Shown here in pieces: positions 1 to 8,600 of a stretch of DNA of 11,679 bases. The notes under the pieces are model-generated. The model was not told the origin of the DNA and ran no database searches. It worked only from the letters and a program-made list of their open reading frames with translations. This stretch comes from Armatimonadota bacterium (lineage in GTDB: Bacteria; Sysuimicrobiota; Sysuimicrobiia; Sysuimicrobiales; Humicultoraceae), in NCBI GenBank assembly GCA_037443365.1, contig JBBIOM010000049.1, forward strand, positions 1-11,679, written 5' to 3'. The translations under genes and the position numbers were made by a program. Every line of letters starts with the position of its first letter. The first letter of the stretch is position 1.

Positions 1-2
1 TG

Positions 3-311
3 CCGGCGTTCGTGGTGCCGTTCATGTTCACCCTGCACAAGGACGGCATGGGCCTGCTGTTGCAGGCACCCTGGCAGACCGTGGCGTATACCATGATCAC
101 GGCGGCCTTCGGACTGGGTGCCCTGGCCGCGGCGGTGACGGGATGGATGATCCGCCGGGCGACGATCCTGGAACGGGCCGCGCTCGCGGTGGCCGGGTTC
201 GTGCTCATCTACCCGGCGGCGCTCCAGGACGCGATCGCGATTGCCACGGTGCTGGCGATCGGGGCAATCCAGTGGTTCACGCGGGACCGGGCCGAAACAT
301 CAAACGCCTGA
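3..311 (+). CDS. TRAP transporter fused (4TM/12TM, TAXI-associated type) permease, C-terminal fragment (5'-truncated by window)
   Basis: Frame is open from base 3 (PAFVVPFMF...LLL...TAAFGLGALAAAVTGW...LERAALAVAGFVLIYP). It has several hydrophobic helices, and the 'VPFMF', 'GW' and 'ER' pattern is typical of the C-terminus of fused TRAP permeases. Stop TGA at 309-311. Confidence 0.8.
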   Translation, partial: PAFVVPFMFTLHKDGMGLLLQAPWQTVAYTMITAAFGLGALAAAVTGWMIRRATILERAALAVAGFVLIYPAALQDAIAIATVLAIGAIQWFTRDRAETSNA

Positions 312-323
312 TGGGTGATCGCA

Positions 324-611
324 ATGGAAGAAGAACGCAAGGACGAATCCCTGCCCGACGCCAAGACCCTGGTGGTCACCTGCCTGAGCCTGCTCGCCTC
401 GCGGGCCTGGCAGGCGATGGGGCTCGTGCCCAACCCGGCCACGAAGCAGATCGAGCGCAAACTCGACGACGCGCAGCTCGCAATTGACGCGGCGGCGGCC
501 CTGGCCGAGGTCATCCGTCCGCACGCGGCGGACGCCGAGCGCCGCGAGATCGAGGCGCTCCTCACCAATCTGAGACTGAACTTCGTAGAACAGAAGGGCA
601 AGGCACCGTAG
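324..611 (+). CDS. DUF1844-like small helical protein
   Basis: ATG at 324 preceded by GGGTGA (alternative GTG at 315). The pattern AWQAMGLVPNP...AQLAIDAAAAL...LTNLRLNFVE resembles the DUF1844 family. Stop TAG at 609-611. Confidence 0.75.
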   Translation: MEEERKDESLPDAKTLVVTCLSLLASRAWQAMGLVPNPATKQIERKLDDAQLAIDAAAALAEVIRPHAADAERREIEALLTNLRLNFVEQKGKAP

Positions 612-622
612 GCGCGCGTCCG

Positions 623-1975
623 GTGGAAGACGTATTTCGCTACGTTGACACGCATGCCGAGGCGTTCATCCGCGACCTGCAGCGCCTCTGCCGCCAGAGG
701 TCCATCTCGGCGCAGGGGGTAGGGCTGGAGGAGTGCGCATCGCTGCTCGTGGCGCAGATGCAGGCCAAGGGCATTCCTGCACGCGCCGAACCGGTCCGGG
801 ATGGCCCGCCGCTGGTGGTGGCCGAGATCCCCGGAGACGCCCCGCGCACACTGCTCTTCTACAACCACTACGACGTGCAGCCGCCCGAGCCGCTCGACGC
901 GTGGACCACTGATCCGTTCGGCGCCGAGATCCGCGACGGCGTCCTCTACGCCCGCGGCGCCCAGGACAACAAGGGCAACATCATGGCACGCCTAGCCGCG
1001 GTCGAGGCGTGGCTGCGCGTACGCGGGCGACTTCCGGTCGGCGTCAAGTTCCTGATCGAGGGAGAGGAAGAGATCGGCAGCCCGCACCTGGGCGAGGGGC
1101 TGCGCGAGCGTCCGGATCTTGCGCGGGCCGACGCCTGCATCTGGGAGTCGGGCGCCAAGGACCACCGTGACATCCCGAACATCTACCTGGGGGTCAAGGG
1201 CATCTGCTACGTCGAGCTGGAGGCGCAGGGCGCGAACCGCGACCTTCACTCGGCGGCGGGAGGGACCGTCCCCAACCCCGCGTGGCGGCTCGTCTGGGCG
1301 CTCGGCACGATCAAGGGGCCGGATGAGCACGTGCGCATCCCCGGCTTCTACGACGGCGTGGTCGAGCCCAGCCCTGCCGAGATGGCGCAGCTCGAGCGCA
1401 TAGCCGCGCAGCGCGACGATGACGCGGCCCGCCGCGACCTTGGAATCAAGCTGTTCCTCAAGGGGCTGGGAGGGGTCGAACTCGTCAGGCACCAGCTGTT
1501 CAGACCCACCTGCACGATCTGTGGCCTGACCTCGGGCTACGCGGGAGCGGGCTCGAAGACCGTGCTGCCGCGCCGCGCGAGCGCCAAGGTGGACTTCCGC
1601 CTCGTCCCCGACCAGAAGCCCGAGGAGATAGCAGCCGGGCTGCGCGAGCACCTGCGCCGCGAGGCCTACGGAGACATCACCGTGAGGGCGCTGGGACTCG
1701 AAGCCCCTTACAAGACGCCCTTCGACGCGCCGATCGTGGAGGTGGTGGCCGAGACCGCCGAGGAGGTCTACGGCCAGGTGCCGATCATCCTGCCGACGCA
1801 GGCGGGCACCGGTCCCATGCACACCGTCTGCGGCCGGTTCGGGATGCCTGCGGTGGGGACAGGCGTCGGCCACGCCAGGGGCAGCAACCATGGGCCCGAC
1901 GAGAACATCCGGCTGGCCGACTACGTGCAGGGGATCAAGCACATCGCGCTGGTTCTGGAGCGGTTCTCGGGCTAG
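623..1975 (+). CDS. M20/M25/M40 family metallo-hydrolase (dipeptidase / ArgE-DapE-like deacylase)
   Basis: 450-aa ORF with M20 metal-binding motifs FYNHYDVQP, ARGAQDNKG, EGEEEIGSP, DLHS and C-terminal HGPDE. GTG start has no clear SD. Confidence 0.92.
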   Translation: MEDVFRYVDTHAEAFIRDLQRLCRQRSISAQGVGLEECASLLVAQMQAKGIPARAEPVRDGPPLVVAEIPGDAPRTLLFYNHYDVQPPEPLDAWTTDPFGAEIRDGVLYARGAQDNKGNIMARLAAVEAWLRVRGRLPVGVKFLIEGEEEIGSPHLGEGLRERPDLARADACIWESGAKDHRDIPNIYLGVKGICYVELEAQGANRDLHSAAGGTVPNPAWRLVWALGTIKGPDEHVRIPGFYDGVVEPSPAEMAQLERIAAQRDDDAARRDLGIKLFLKGLGGVELVRHQLFRPTCTICGLTSGYAGAGSKTVLPRRASAKVDFRLVPDQKPEEIAAGLREHLRREAYGDITVRALGLEAPYKTPFDAPIVEVVAETAEEVYGQVPIILPTQAGTGPMHTVCGRFGMPAVGTGVGHARGSNHGPDENIRLADYVQGIKHIALVLERFSG

Positions 1976-2937
1976 CGGACCCTGCCCCTGCCCTGGCTTT
2001 CCCCGCCCTGTGCGAGGAACTCCTCTGCGCGCTGCCGCGTCGGGATTGGCGCAACCGCGCCCAGCCCGGTGGCCGTGAGGGCGCCCACGGCGTTGGCGAA
2101 GTGCGCGGCGCGAGCCGGGTCGGCGCCGCGCAACCACTCGACAAGGAAGGCCGCGGCGAACGCGTCACCCGCGCCGGTGGCATCCAGAACGTCAACCTTC
2201 CAGGCCGGAACCGACACGGCCGCGCTCTCTCTTGAGACGACCGTGCAGCCGCGCTCTCCCATCTTGACGACCACCAGGCGCGGCCCGGCGTCAACCAGGC
2301 GTCGGGCCACGGACTCGAGCGGCTCGTCCCCGTAGAGGTGCCCCGCGTCCTCGGCGCTCACGAACACGACATCGGCCCGGGGGATGACGCTCTCCGCCGC
2401 CTCACGCGCGGTGAGGGTCGGCCACAGCCTGGGCCGGACGTTGACGTCGTAGCTCACAAGCGTGCCGCCGGCCCTGGCACGGTCGATCGCCGCATCGACC
2501 GCGGCGCGGCTCGATTCCGAGATGGCCTGGGAGATCCCGCTCGTGTGGAAGATCCTGGCCCCGGCCAGATACCCTGAATCCACGTCCTCTGGACAGAGAC
2601 GGCTGGCGGCCGACCCGGCGCGGTAGTAGGTGAAGTCGTGCCCGCCTTCCTCCCGTAGGGAGATGAAGTAGACCGCGGTGTACCCCTCGGGCTCGACCAC
2701 GACGCGCGAGGTGTCCACGCCCTCCCGGAGCCACAGGCCGAGAAACGCCCTGCCGAACTCATCGCCGCCGACCCGCGTCAGGTAGCCCGCCGAGGCGCCC
2801 AGCCGCGCGGCGGCCACGATGAAGTTGGATGTGTCGCCGCCGAAGCCGCGGCGGAAGGCGGTCACGTCGCCGAGCCTGCCGCGCTCCTCGGCCGCGAACT
2901 CGACCATCGGCTCGCCCAGGGAGACTACCTCCGGCAA
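1972..2937 (-). CDS. PfkB-family sugar kinase, 2-keto-3-deoxygluconate kinase (KdgK)-like
   Basis: Motifs LGEPMVEF, GGDTSN, YYRAGSAAS, YDVNVRPRLW and the PfkB signature DATGAGDAF. The ORF-track GTG (2946) lies inside the SD GGAGGTG, so the in-frame TTG at 2937 is the likelier start. Confidence 0.9.
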   Translation of the reverse strand: MPEVVSLGEPMVEFAAEERGRLGDVTAFRRGFGGDTSNFIVAAARLGASAGYLTRVGGDEFGRAFLGLWLREGVDTSRVVVEPEGYTAVYFISLREEGGHDFTYYRAGSAASRLCPEDVDSGYLAGARIFHTSGISQAISESSRAAVDAAIDRARAGGTLVSYDVNVRPRLWPTLTAREAAESVIPRADVVFVSAEDAGHLYGDEPLESVARRLVDAGPRLVVVKMGERGCTVVSRESAAVSVPAWKVDVLDATGAGDAFAAAFLVEWLRGADPARAAHFANAVGALTATGLGAVAPIPTRQRAEEFLAQGGESQGRGRVR

Positions 2938-2955
2938 ACTATCCACCTCCTGGCG

Positions 2956-3768
2956 CTAGGTTTGCCCCACCAGGGCCTCGCTTCCGGCCCAACCCAGCGC
3001 GTGCGAGATCCTCACAGCCGCCTTCCGCACGCGCGGGCCCAGCTCGCGTCTGATCCGCTCGAGCGTGACGTTCTTCGTGGAACCGGACAGGCTGATGGCG
3101 CCTGCCACCGCGCCCCGATGGTCGAAGATCGGGGCGCCCACGCAGCGGATGCCCTCCTCGTTCTCCACGTTGTCGATGGCGTATCCCCGCGCACGCGTCG
3201 CGGCCAGCTCGGCCATCAACCGGTCGGGATCCGTGATCGTCCTGGGTGTCCGGCGGGGCATGCCAACCGCGAGGAGGATTCCCCTCACACTCTCGAGAGG
3301 CATGGAGGCCAGCATCGCCTTGCCCAGAGAAGTGCAGTGGGCAGGCATGATCCTGCCGATGGCGGAGGCCATGCGAAACGGCCCGGGCGGCTCGGCCTTC
3401 TCGATGTAGACGACCTGCCCCTGCTCGAGGACTCCCACATGCACGGTCAACCCCGTATCATCGCGCAGGTCCAGCACGTGCGGCCTGCTGGCGGCGCGCA
3501 GCTCTGTCTGCTCGAGCCGCTGCGCGGCGAGCCAGAGTATGCGCGACCCGATCACGAACCCACCGTCGGTCGCCGCCACCGCGCCGTGGGAGCCCAGTGT
3601 ACCGAGCAGGCGGTAGACGGTGGGCCTGGGCAGCGATACCAGCGCGCCGATCTCCTTCACCGAGAGGGGACGGCCTGCGCGACCCATCGCCTCGAGTATC
3701 GCCATCGCGCGCTCAACCGCCTGAACCGAACCGCGCGCCATCGTGTCGCTGCTGCCGTCGCGCGTCAT
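2956..3768 (-). CDS. IclR-family transcriptional regulator
   Basis: N-terminal HTH (SVQAVERAMAILE...LPRPTVYRLLGTL) and IclR effector-domain motifs (PAHCTSLGKAMLA, RGYAIDNVENEEGIRCVGAPI). Confidence 0.95.
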   Translation of the reverse strand: MTRDGSSDTMARGSVQAVERAMAILEAMGRAGRPLSVKEIGALVSLPRPTVYRLLGTLGSHGAVAATDGGFVIGSRILWLAAQRLEQTELRAASRPHVLDLRDDTGLTVHVGVLEQGQVVYIEKAEPPGPFRMASAIGRIMPAHCTSLGKAMLASMPLESVRGILLAVGMPRRTPRTITDPDRLMAELAATRARGYAIDNVENEEGIRCVGAPIFDHRGAVAGAISLSGSTKNVTLERIRRELGPRVRKAAVRISHALGWAGSEALVGQT

Positions 3769-3772
3769 CGAG

Positions 3773-4831
3773 TCAGCCTCGCAGCGGCCGCGGCGCGTCC
3801 ACGCCGACCTCGGCGGCGAGGCGCTCGGTCGCCTCGATCACGTGGTCTGGGAGAGGAATGCCGTCCCGCAAGTACTCCAGCGTCCTCTCATGCTCTATCT
3901 CACCGGGCAGGTAAACCCTGTCGTGCCCCCGGGCAGGAGGCAGGGACCTGATCTCCCTCGTCAGCGCGTCAACGCGCCTGGCGAACTCCACCTTCGGCCC
4001 GAAGGCCTCGACCGAGAGCGCCAGCATGAGATGGCCGGCGCCCTGCGGCCGGTCGAGCTGCTCGTAGAGAGGCGCGATCGCGGGTCCAGAGAGGGCACCG
4101 GTCAGCAGCCCCGCGAGCACATCAATCATGAGGGATATCCCTGAGCCCTTGGGCCCTCCAAACGGCAGCAGCGCTCCGCGAAGAGCCGATGCGGGATCGG
4201 TCGTGGATCGGCCCTCAATGTCGAGCGCCCACCCGGGCTCTATCTGCTCGCCGCGCGCCGCCGCGGCCTGGATCCGGCTGTGGGGGACGACGCTGGTGGC
4301 CATGTCCAGGACCAGCGGCGGCTCCTCCCCTGCCGGGATGGCGATCGCCATCGGGTTGGTGCCGAGATACTTGGTGCGGGCGCCCCAGGGAGCGACCTGG
4401 GAGTCGGCGTTGCTGATGGCCGCACCGACCATTCCACGGGCCACCGCGCGCATCGCCGGCCAGGCCAGCATGCCGCAGTGGTTGCTGTTGCGGACGCCCA
4501 CGAATCCAGCGCCGTGGGAGGACGCGCGCTCCACGGCGATGTCCATCGCCCTGGCCGCCATCGCGATGCCAAACCCTGCCCCCGCGTCCACCACGGCCAC
4601 AGGGCCGGCGTCGCGCACAACCGCGAGCGAGGCGCTGGGGTCTATCGAGCCGGCGCGAAGCCGTGTGACGTAGATCCCGGCACGCAGCACGCCGTGCGTG
4701 TGCACGCCGCGGAGGTCGGCGGCAACCAGGCCCTCGCTGACGAGCGCCGCGTCCTCGGGGCGCGCGCCTTCATGTCCGAGCGCAGAAGTCACGAACTCGC
4801 GCAGTGTTGATGCGGCGTAGCGTCTGTTCAT
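3773..4831 (-). CDS. Ldh_2-family (type-2 malate/L-lactate/sulfolactate dehydrogenase-like) oxidoreductase
   Basis: Family motifs DLRGVHTHG, RNSNHCG, GTNPMAIA, DMATS, PFGGPKGSG, YLPGE. ATG with a purine-rich SD-like stretch upstream. Confidence 0.92.
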   Translation of the reverse strand: MNRRYAASTLREFVTSALGHEGARPEDAALVSEGLVAADLRGVHTHGVLRAGIYVTRLRAGSIDPSASLAVVRDAGPVAVVDAGAGFGIAMAARAMDIAVERASSHGAGFVGVRNSNHCGMLAWPAMRAVARGMVGAAISNADSQVAPWGARTKYLGTNPMAIAIPAGEEPPLVLDMATSVVPHSRIQAAAARGEQIEPGWALDIEGRSTTDPASALRGALLPFGGPKGSGISLMIDVLAGLLTGALSGPAIAPLYEQLDRPQGAGHLMLALSVEAFGPKVEFARRVDALTREIRSLPPARGHDRVYLPGEIEHERTLEYLRDGIPLPDHVIEATERLAAEVGVDAPRPLRG

Positions 4832-4857
4832 GCTGTCCGTTTCCCCCCTACCTCTCC

Positions 4858-4881
4858 GCGCCGGCGCAGGCGCGCCGGCGC
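4858..4881. repeat. Tandem self-complementary decamer forming a 10-bp hairpin
   Basis: GCGCCGGCGC (4858-4867) - AGGC - GCGCCGGCGC (4872-4881), in the SDR/Ldh_2 intergenic gap. Confidence 0.55.
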
Positions 4882-4885
4882 TGCA

Positions 4886-5632
4886 TCAATCCATCCATGC
4901 CCCGCCGTTCACGTCCAGGGTCTCCCCGGTAATAAACCCGGCCTCGTCCGACGCGAGGAAGGCCACGGCAGCGGCCACCTCGTCGGCCGTGCCCAGCCGG
5001 CCCAGGGGGATCCCTGCCAGGATTGCCGCGCGCTTCTCTGCCGACCACTCGGCGCTCATCTCGGTCTCGATGGCGTGCGGGGCCACGGCGTTAACGGTTA
5101 TCCCGAACGGGGCCAGCTGGCGGGCGAGAGACTGCGTGAGCGCGATCACACCTGCCTTTGAAGGCCCATACCCGGGCGCGGACGTGATATCGCCCATCTT
5201 TCCCGCGATGGAGGTGATGTTGATGATCCTCCCCCATCCGGCCTCCCGGAGGAGTGGGGTCGCGGCCTTGCAGCAGTAGAAGGTGCCCGTCAGGTTGACG
5301 GCGATCACGCGGTGCCAGTCGTCGAGGCTCATCGACTCGAGATCGCCCCTGCGGATGATGCCCGCGTTGTTGACCAGGATCTCGAGGCCGCCGAAGGTGG
5401 AACGCGCTGCCTCGACCGTGCGCACCACGGCGTCCCAGTCTGACACGTCGGTGGCCGCTGCGGCCGCGCGAGGACCGATCCGCCTGATCTCATCCGCTAC
5501 GGACGAGGCCGCATCTCCGTCCACGTCGCACGCGAGCACCAGGGCGCCCTCGGAAGCGATGCGCATCGCGATGGCACGGCCGATCCCCCTGCCCGCGCCG
5601 GTGACGATTGCCTTGCGTCCCTGCAACCTCAC
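4886..5632 (-). CDS. Classical SDR oxidoreductase (FabG-like), probably NAD(H)-preferring
   Basis: The real protein is the last 248 aa of the 507-aa ORF. GTG at 5632 overlaps the upstream TGA (GTGA) and follows SD GGGGAGGGG. Motifs TGAGRGIG, NNAG, catalytic S...YGPSK. Asp at the end of beta-2 (LACDV) suggests NAD. Confidence 0.92.
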   Translation of the reverse strand: MRLQGRKAIVTGAGRGIGRAIAMRIASEGALVLACDVDGDAASSVADEIRRIGPRAAAAATDVSDWDAVVRTVEAARSTFGGLEILVNNAGIIRRGDLESMSLDDWHRVIAVNLTGTFYCCKAATPLLREAGWGRIINITSIAGKMGDITSAPGYGPSKAGVIALTQSLARQLAPFGITVNAVAPHAIETEMSAEWSAEKRAAILAGIPLGRLGTADEVAAAVAFLASDEAGFITGETLDVNGGAWMD

Positions 5633-6687
5633 GACGGCCCCTCCCCGCGCGCCCCCGGCAGGAGCAGGGCCTTGACCGCGCGCCCCGCCTCTTGAGCCTG
5701 AAAGGCATCGTGCCAGCGCTCGAGCGGAGACTCCATTGAGATCAGCGGCCGCGCCCTGACGCGGCCCGAGTCCAGCAGCCGGAGCGCGGTGATCCAGCTG
5801 GTGTGCCGGCTGCTGAACGAGAACTGCACCTCCAGGCCTCGGAACACGGCCGCGTCCCACGGGAACTGCACGGCGGGCCGGCCCGTAACCCCCAGCACGC
5901 AGATCCTGCCGAGCCTGCGCACGAGGCGGGGCAGCAGTTCCACTGCCGTGGGAGCGCCGGAGGTCTCGATGGCAAGGTCGGCGCCAATGCCGCCCGTTAC
6001 GGCCATCACCCGTTCCACGAGGTCCTCCTCGGCAACGTTGACGACGAGGTCCGCTCCGGTCGCCGTCGCGACGGGGAGGCGCAGAGGCAGGTCTGCCGGC
6101 GCACCGCCGACCACGATCGGCCCCGCGCCCGAGGCCCGCGCCACCTGCAGACAGAGCAGGCCGATCGGCCCAGGCCCTGTGATCACCACCGTCTCGCCGG
6201 CGCGCACGCCCGCGCGCTCCATCACCGCGTGCACGGCGATGGCCGTCGGTTCGGCGAGCGCGGCCTCTTGCATGCTCAGCCCGCCCGGCATCCTGTGGAG
6301 CAACCCCGCGGGCATGACCACGTATTCGGCGAAGGCGCCGTTCTTGCCGATCCCAGGGGCCCGCTTGTCCGGGCAGATGTGCCGGTTGCCGCTCCGGCAG
6401 AGGAAGCAATCGCCGCAGCTCCCGGTGCTGGTCTCGGAAACCACGCGGTCCCCGACGGCGTATCCCGTCACTCCTTCCCCTAGCGCGCTGATGGTCCCTG
6501 AGAACTCGTGTCCGAGCACCACCGGCGGCCAGTATGGATGAGCGTCGCGCCAGATGTGGAGGTCACTTCCGCAGATGGCCGCGGCGCCGACTTCGATCTT
6601 CACCTCGCCTGGCCCAGGCCACGGCTCCTCCACCTCACGCAGTTCCACGAGCCCCTTACCGCGCCCGACCTTCACGACACCAAGCAT
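5629..6687 (-). CDS. Zinc-dependent medium-chain alcohol/polyol dehydrogenase (sorbitol/threonine dehydrogenase-like)
   Basis: The real start is ATG 6687 after SD GGAGGG (352 aa, not the 657-aa ORF). Catalytic Zn ligands ICGSD, GHE; structural Zn CGDCFLC...C; EP motif; Rossmann GPGPIG. Confidence 0.93.
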   Translation of the reverse strand: MLGVVKVGRGKGLVELREVEEPWPGPGEVKIEVGAAAICGSDLHIWRDAHPYWPPVVLGHEFSGTISALGEGVTGYAVGDRVVSETSTGSCGDCFLCRSGNRHICPDKRAPGIGKNGAFAEYVVMPAGLLHRMPGGLSMQEAALAEPTAIAVHAVMERAGVRAGETVVITGPGPIGLLCLQVARASGAGPIVVGGAPADLPLRLPVATATGADLVVNVAEEDLVERVMAVTGGIGADLAIETSGAPTAVELLPRLVRRLGRICVLGVTGRPAVQFPWDAAVFRGLEVQFSFSSRHTSWITALRLLDSGRVRARPLISMESPLERWHDAFQAQEAGRAVKALLLPGARGEGPS

Positions 6688-6707
6688 ATTCAAACCCTCC
6701 GCGATCC

Positions 6708-7562
6708 TTACTGCTTCACAGCGCCCGCGGTCAGCCCGGTCACAAGCCACTGCTGCATCAGCAGGTAGAGGACGATCCCGGGAAACCCTCCGAGCAGCGC
6801 GCCCGCCATCAGCTCGGGCCAGGCGACGTAGAACTCCTGCACGGTCCGCGCGATCGCCAGTGTCACCGTCACCATTCCCTCGCTGTGCGTCAGCGTCGCC
6901 ACCCAGAGCAGGTCTCCCCAGGCGAGCAGGAAGGCGAAGAGCATCGTGGCCACGATCCCCGGCCGCACCAGCGGCAGGACTATCCTGAAGAAGATGGCGA
7001 ACCTGCCGCACCCATCCACCGTCGCGGCCTCGTCGAGCTCGGTGGGAATCCCATCTATGAAGCCCTTGAGCATCCAGGTGGCAAACGGCAGGCAGATCGT
7101 CAGGAAGGCAATTATCAACCCCGTGCGAGTGTCGTAGAGGCCCACCTCGGAGAGGATCCGGAAGTAGGGCCCCACCACCAGGACCCCTGGCAGCATCTGC
7201 GTCGTGAGCACGAAGCCCATCAGGAACCCTCGACCGCGCAGCGCGAAGCGCGAGAAGCCGTAGCCCGCCATCGCCCCCAGCAGCGTGGAGATCAAAGCCG
7301 TGGTCAGGGACACTATCGTGCTGTTGAGGAAGTAGGTCGCGTAGTTCTTCCTCACCCACATCGTCGTGTAGGCCTCGATCGTGGCGCGCTCCGGCAGCCA
7401 TATCACCGGGATGCGCAGCGCCTCGGTCTCGGTCTTGAGCGATGTCAGTATCATCCAGAGGAACGGGAAGAAGACAAAGACGCCCACCAGGGCGGCGAAG
7501 ACGTACACGCCCGAGAGCACCAGCCGCGAGCGGCTGTACAGGATGGGTGAGTCGGTCATCAC
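6708..7562 (-). CDS. Carbohydrate ABC transporter permease (MalG-like)
   Basis: FPFLWMILTSLK, YFLNS, AGYGFSRF and the EAA loop IPTELDEAATVDGC. Multiple TM segments. Start is GTG 7562 or ATG 7559. Confidence 0.95.
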   Translation of the reverse strand: MMTDSPILYSRSRLVLSGVYVFAALVGVFVFFPFLWMILTSLKTETEALRIPVIWLPERATIEAYTTMWVRKNYATYFLNSTIVSLTTALISTLLGAMAGYGFSRFALRGRGFLMGFVLTTQMLPGVLVVGPYFRILSEVGLYDTRTGLIIAFLTICLPFATWMLKGFIDGIPTELDEAATVDGCGRFAIFFRIVLPLVRPGIVATMLFAFLLAWGDLLWVATLTHSEGMVTVTLAIARTVQEFYVAWPELMAGALLGGFPGIVLYLLMQQWLVTGLTAGAVKQ

Positions 7563-7613
7563 ACTCGATACCCCGTGCCTTCTTGCCTCGCGGTTCCCGC
7601 ACCCGGGCCCCCG

Positions 7614-8495
7614 CTACTCCTGCCGGACGATCATCCTCACGTACGGAATCGACACCAGGAGCAGCAGCCCTGTCATCGCGATCGCCATCGCTGAGGCGTA
7701 CTCGAACTTGAAGAACTGGAAGTACTGCTTGAACACCTGCGTGGAGAGGACCTCGGTCAGCGTGCCGGGTCCCCCACCGGTCATCGCCTGCACGAGCCCG
7801 AACCGGCGGGTCTCCCAGATCGTGTCGAGCGCCAGGGCCACGATCATGACCCGTCGCAGCCCGGGCAGCGTCACAAACCTGAACCGCTTGACCGTCCCTG
7901 CCCCGTCTATGGCGGCCGCCTCGTAGAGCTCGGTGGGAATGCTCTGCAGCCCCGCGAGGAAGATGATCATGACGAAGGGGAACCCGCGCCAGACGTTCGC
8001 GAGTATGACGCTCGGCATCACAAGACGGGGGTCAGTCAGCCACTCCATGGGGGTGGCGATAACCCCGGTGCGCAGCAGCGCGTCGTTCAGCACCCCGTAA
8101 AGAGGATTGAGTACCCACTTCCACACAATGCCCGCCACGACGTCGGGCACTACCCAGGGCAGTAGGGCCAGTATGCGAAAGGCCGTCCTGCCCCACAGCG
8201 GCCGGTTCAGCGCAAGCGCCACGCCGAGCCCGAGCACCATGTGCAGCGCGACGCTGGCGGCCACGAAGAGGGCGGTCTGCCACACCACTTGATGAAACAG
8301 GCCGTCGCGGAAGAGCGTGAGGTACTGGACGAGTGTGAGGCCCGCTCCCTGCGCTCCGCGCGGGCTGAGACTGAATCGCAGGCTGTGGTAGGCGGGGTAC
8401 GCCAGAACCGTCACCAGCAGCAGCAGGGCAGGGGCTACAAATACATAGCCCATGTGACGGTCGCGCAGTCGGGGGAACCTGAACCGAGGCTTCAC
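7614..8495 (-). CDS. Carbohydrate ABC transporter permease (MalF/UgpA-like)
   Basis: YVFVAPA, LPWVVP, WRGFPF, EAA loop LQSIPTELYEAAAIDGAG, MTGGGPG. Confidence 0.95.
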   Translation of the reverse strand: MKPRFRFPRLRDRHMGYVFVAPALLLLVTVLAYPAYHSLRFSLSPRGAQGAGLTLVQYLTLFRDGLFHQVVWQTALFVAASVALHMVLGLGVALALNRPLWGRTAFRILALLPWVVPDVVAGIVWKWVLNPLYGVLNDALLRTGVIATPMEWLTDPRLVMPSVILANVWRGFPFVMIIFLAGLQSIPTELYEAAAIDGAGTVKRFRFVTLPGLRRVMIVALALDTIWETRRFGLVQAMTGGGPGTLTEVLSTQVFKQYFQFFKFEYASAMAIAMTGLLLLVSIPYVRMIVRQE

Positions 8496-8530
8496 CTTTT
8501 CGCCCTTCGGTGGTCGCAGCAGGCCGGGAA

Positions 8531-8561
8531 CCCGGGGGGCTCGTGCCGCCGGCCCCCCGGG
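8531..8561 (-). other. Intergenic GC-rich stem-loop between SBP and first permease (putative mRNA stabiliser/attenuator)
   Basis: Perfect 10-bp inverted repeat CCCGGGGGGC (8531-8540) / GCCCCCCGGG (8552-8561) with an 11-nt loop. No long U-tract. Confidence 0.6.
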
Positions 8562-8600
8562 GTGACACAGGTCCTTGGTTCTGCGGCCTTGCGCTTCTTC

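Noticed and set aside
4886..6409. 507-aa ORF suggesting an extended SDR or a frameshifted fusion with the dehydrogenase
   Set aside because: The upstream part is an alternate frame of the Zn-dehydrogenase gene. The SDR has its own SD and a GTGA-coupled start at 5632, and both proteins are complete.
5629..7602. 657-aa ORF suggesting a long N-terminal fusion to the Zn dehydrogenase
   Set aside because: The extension is an off-frame overlap of the permease gene with Arg/Gly-rich junk composition. There is a good SD + ATG at 6687.
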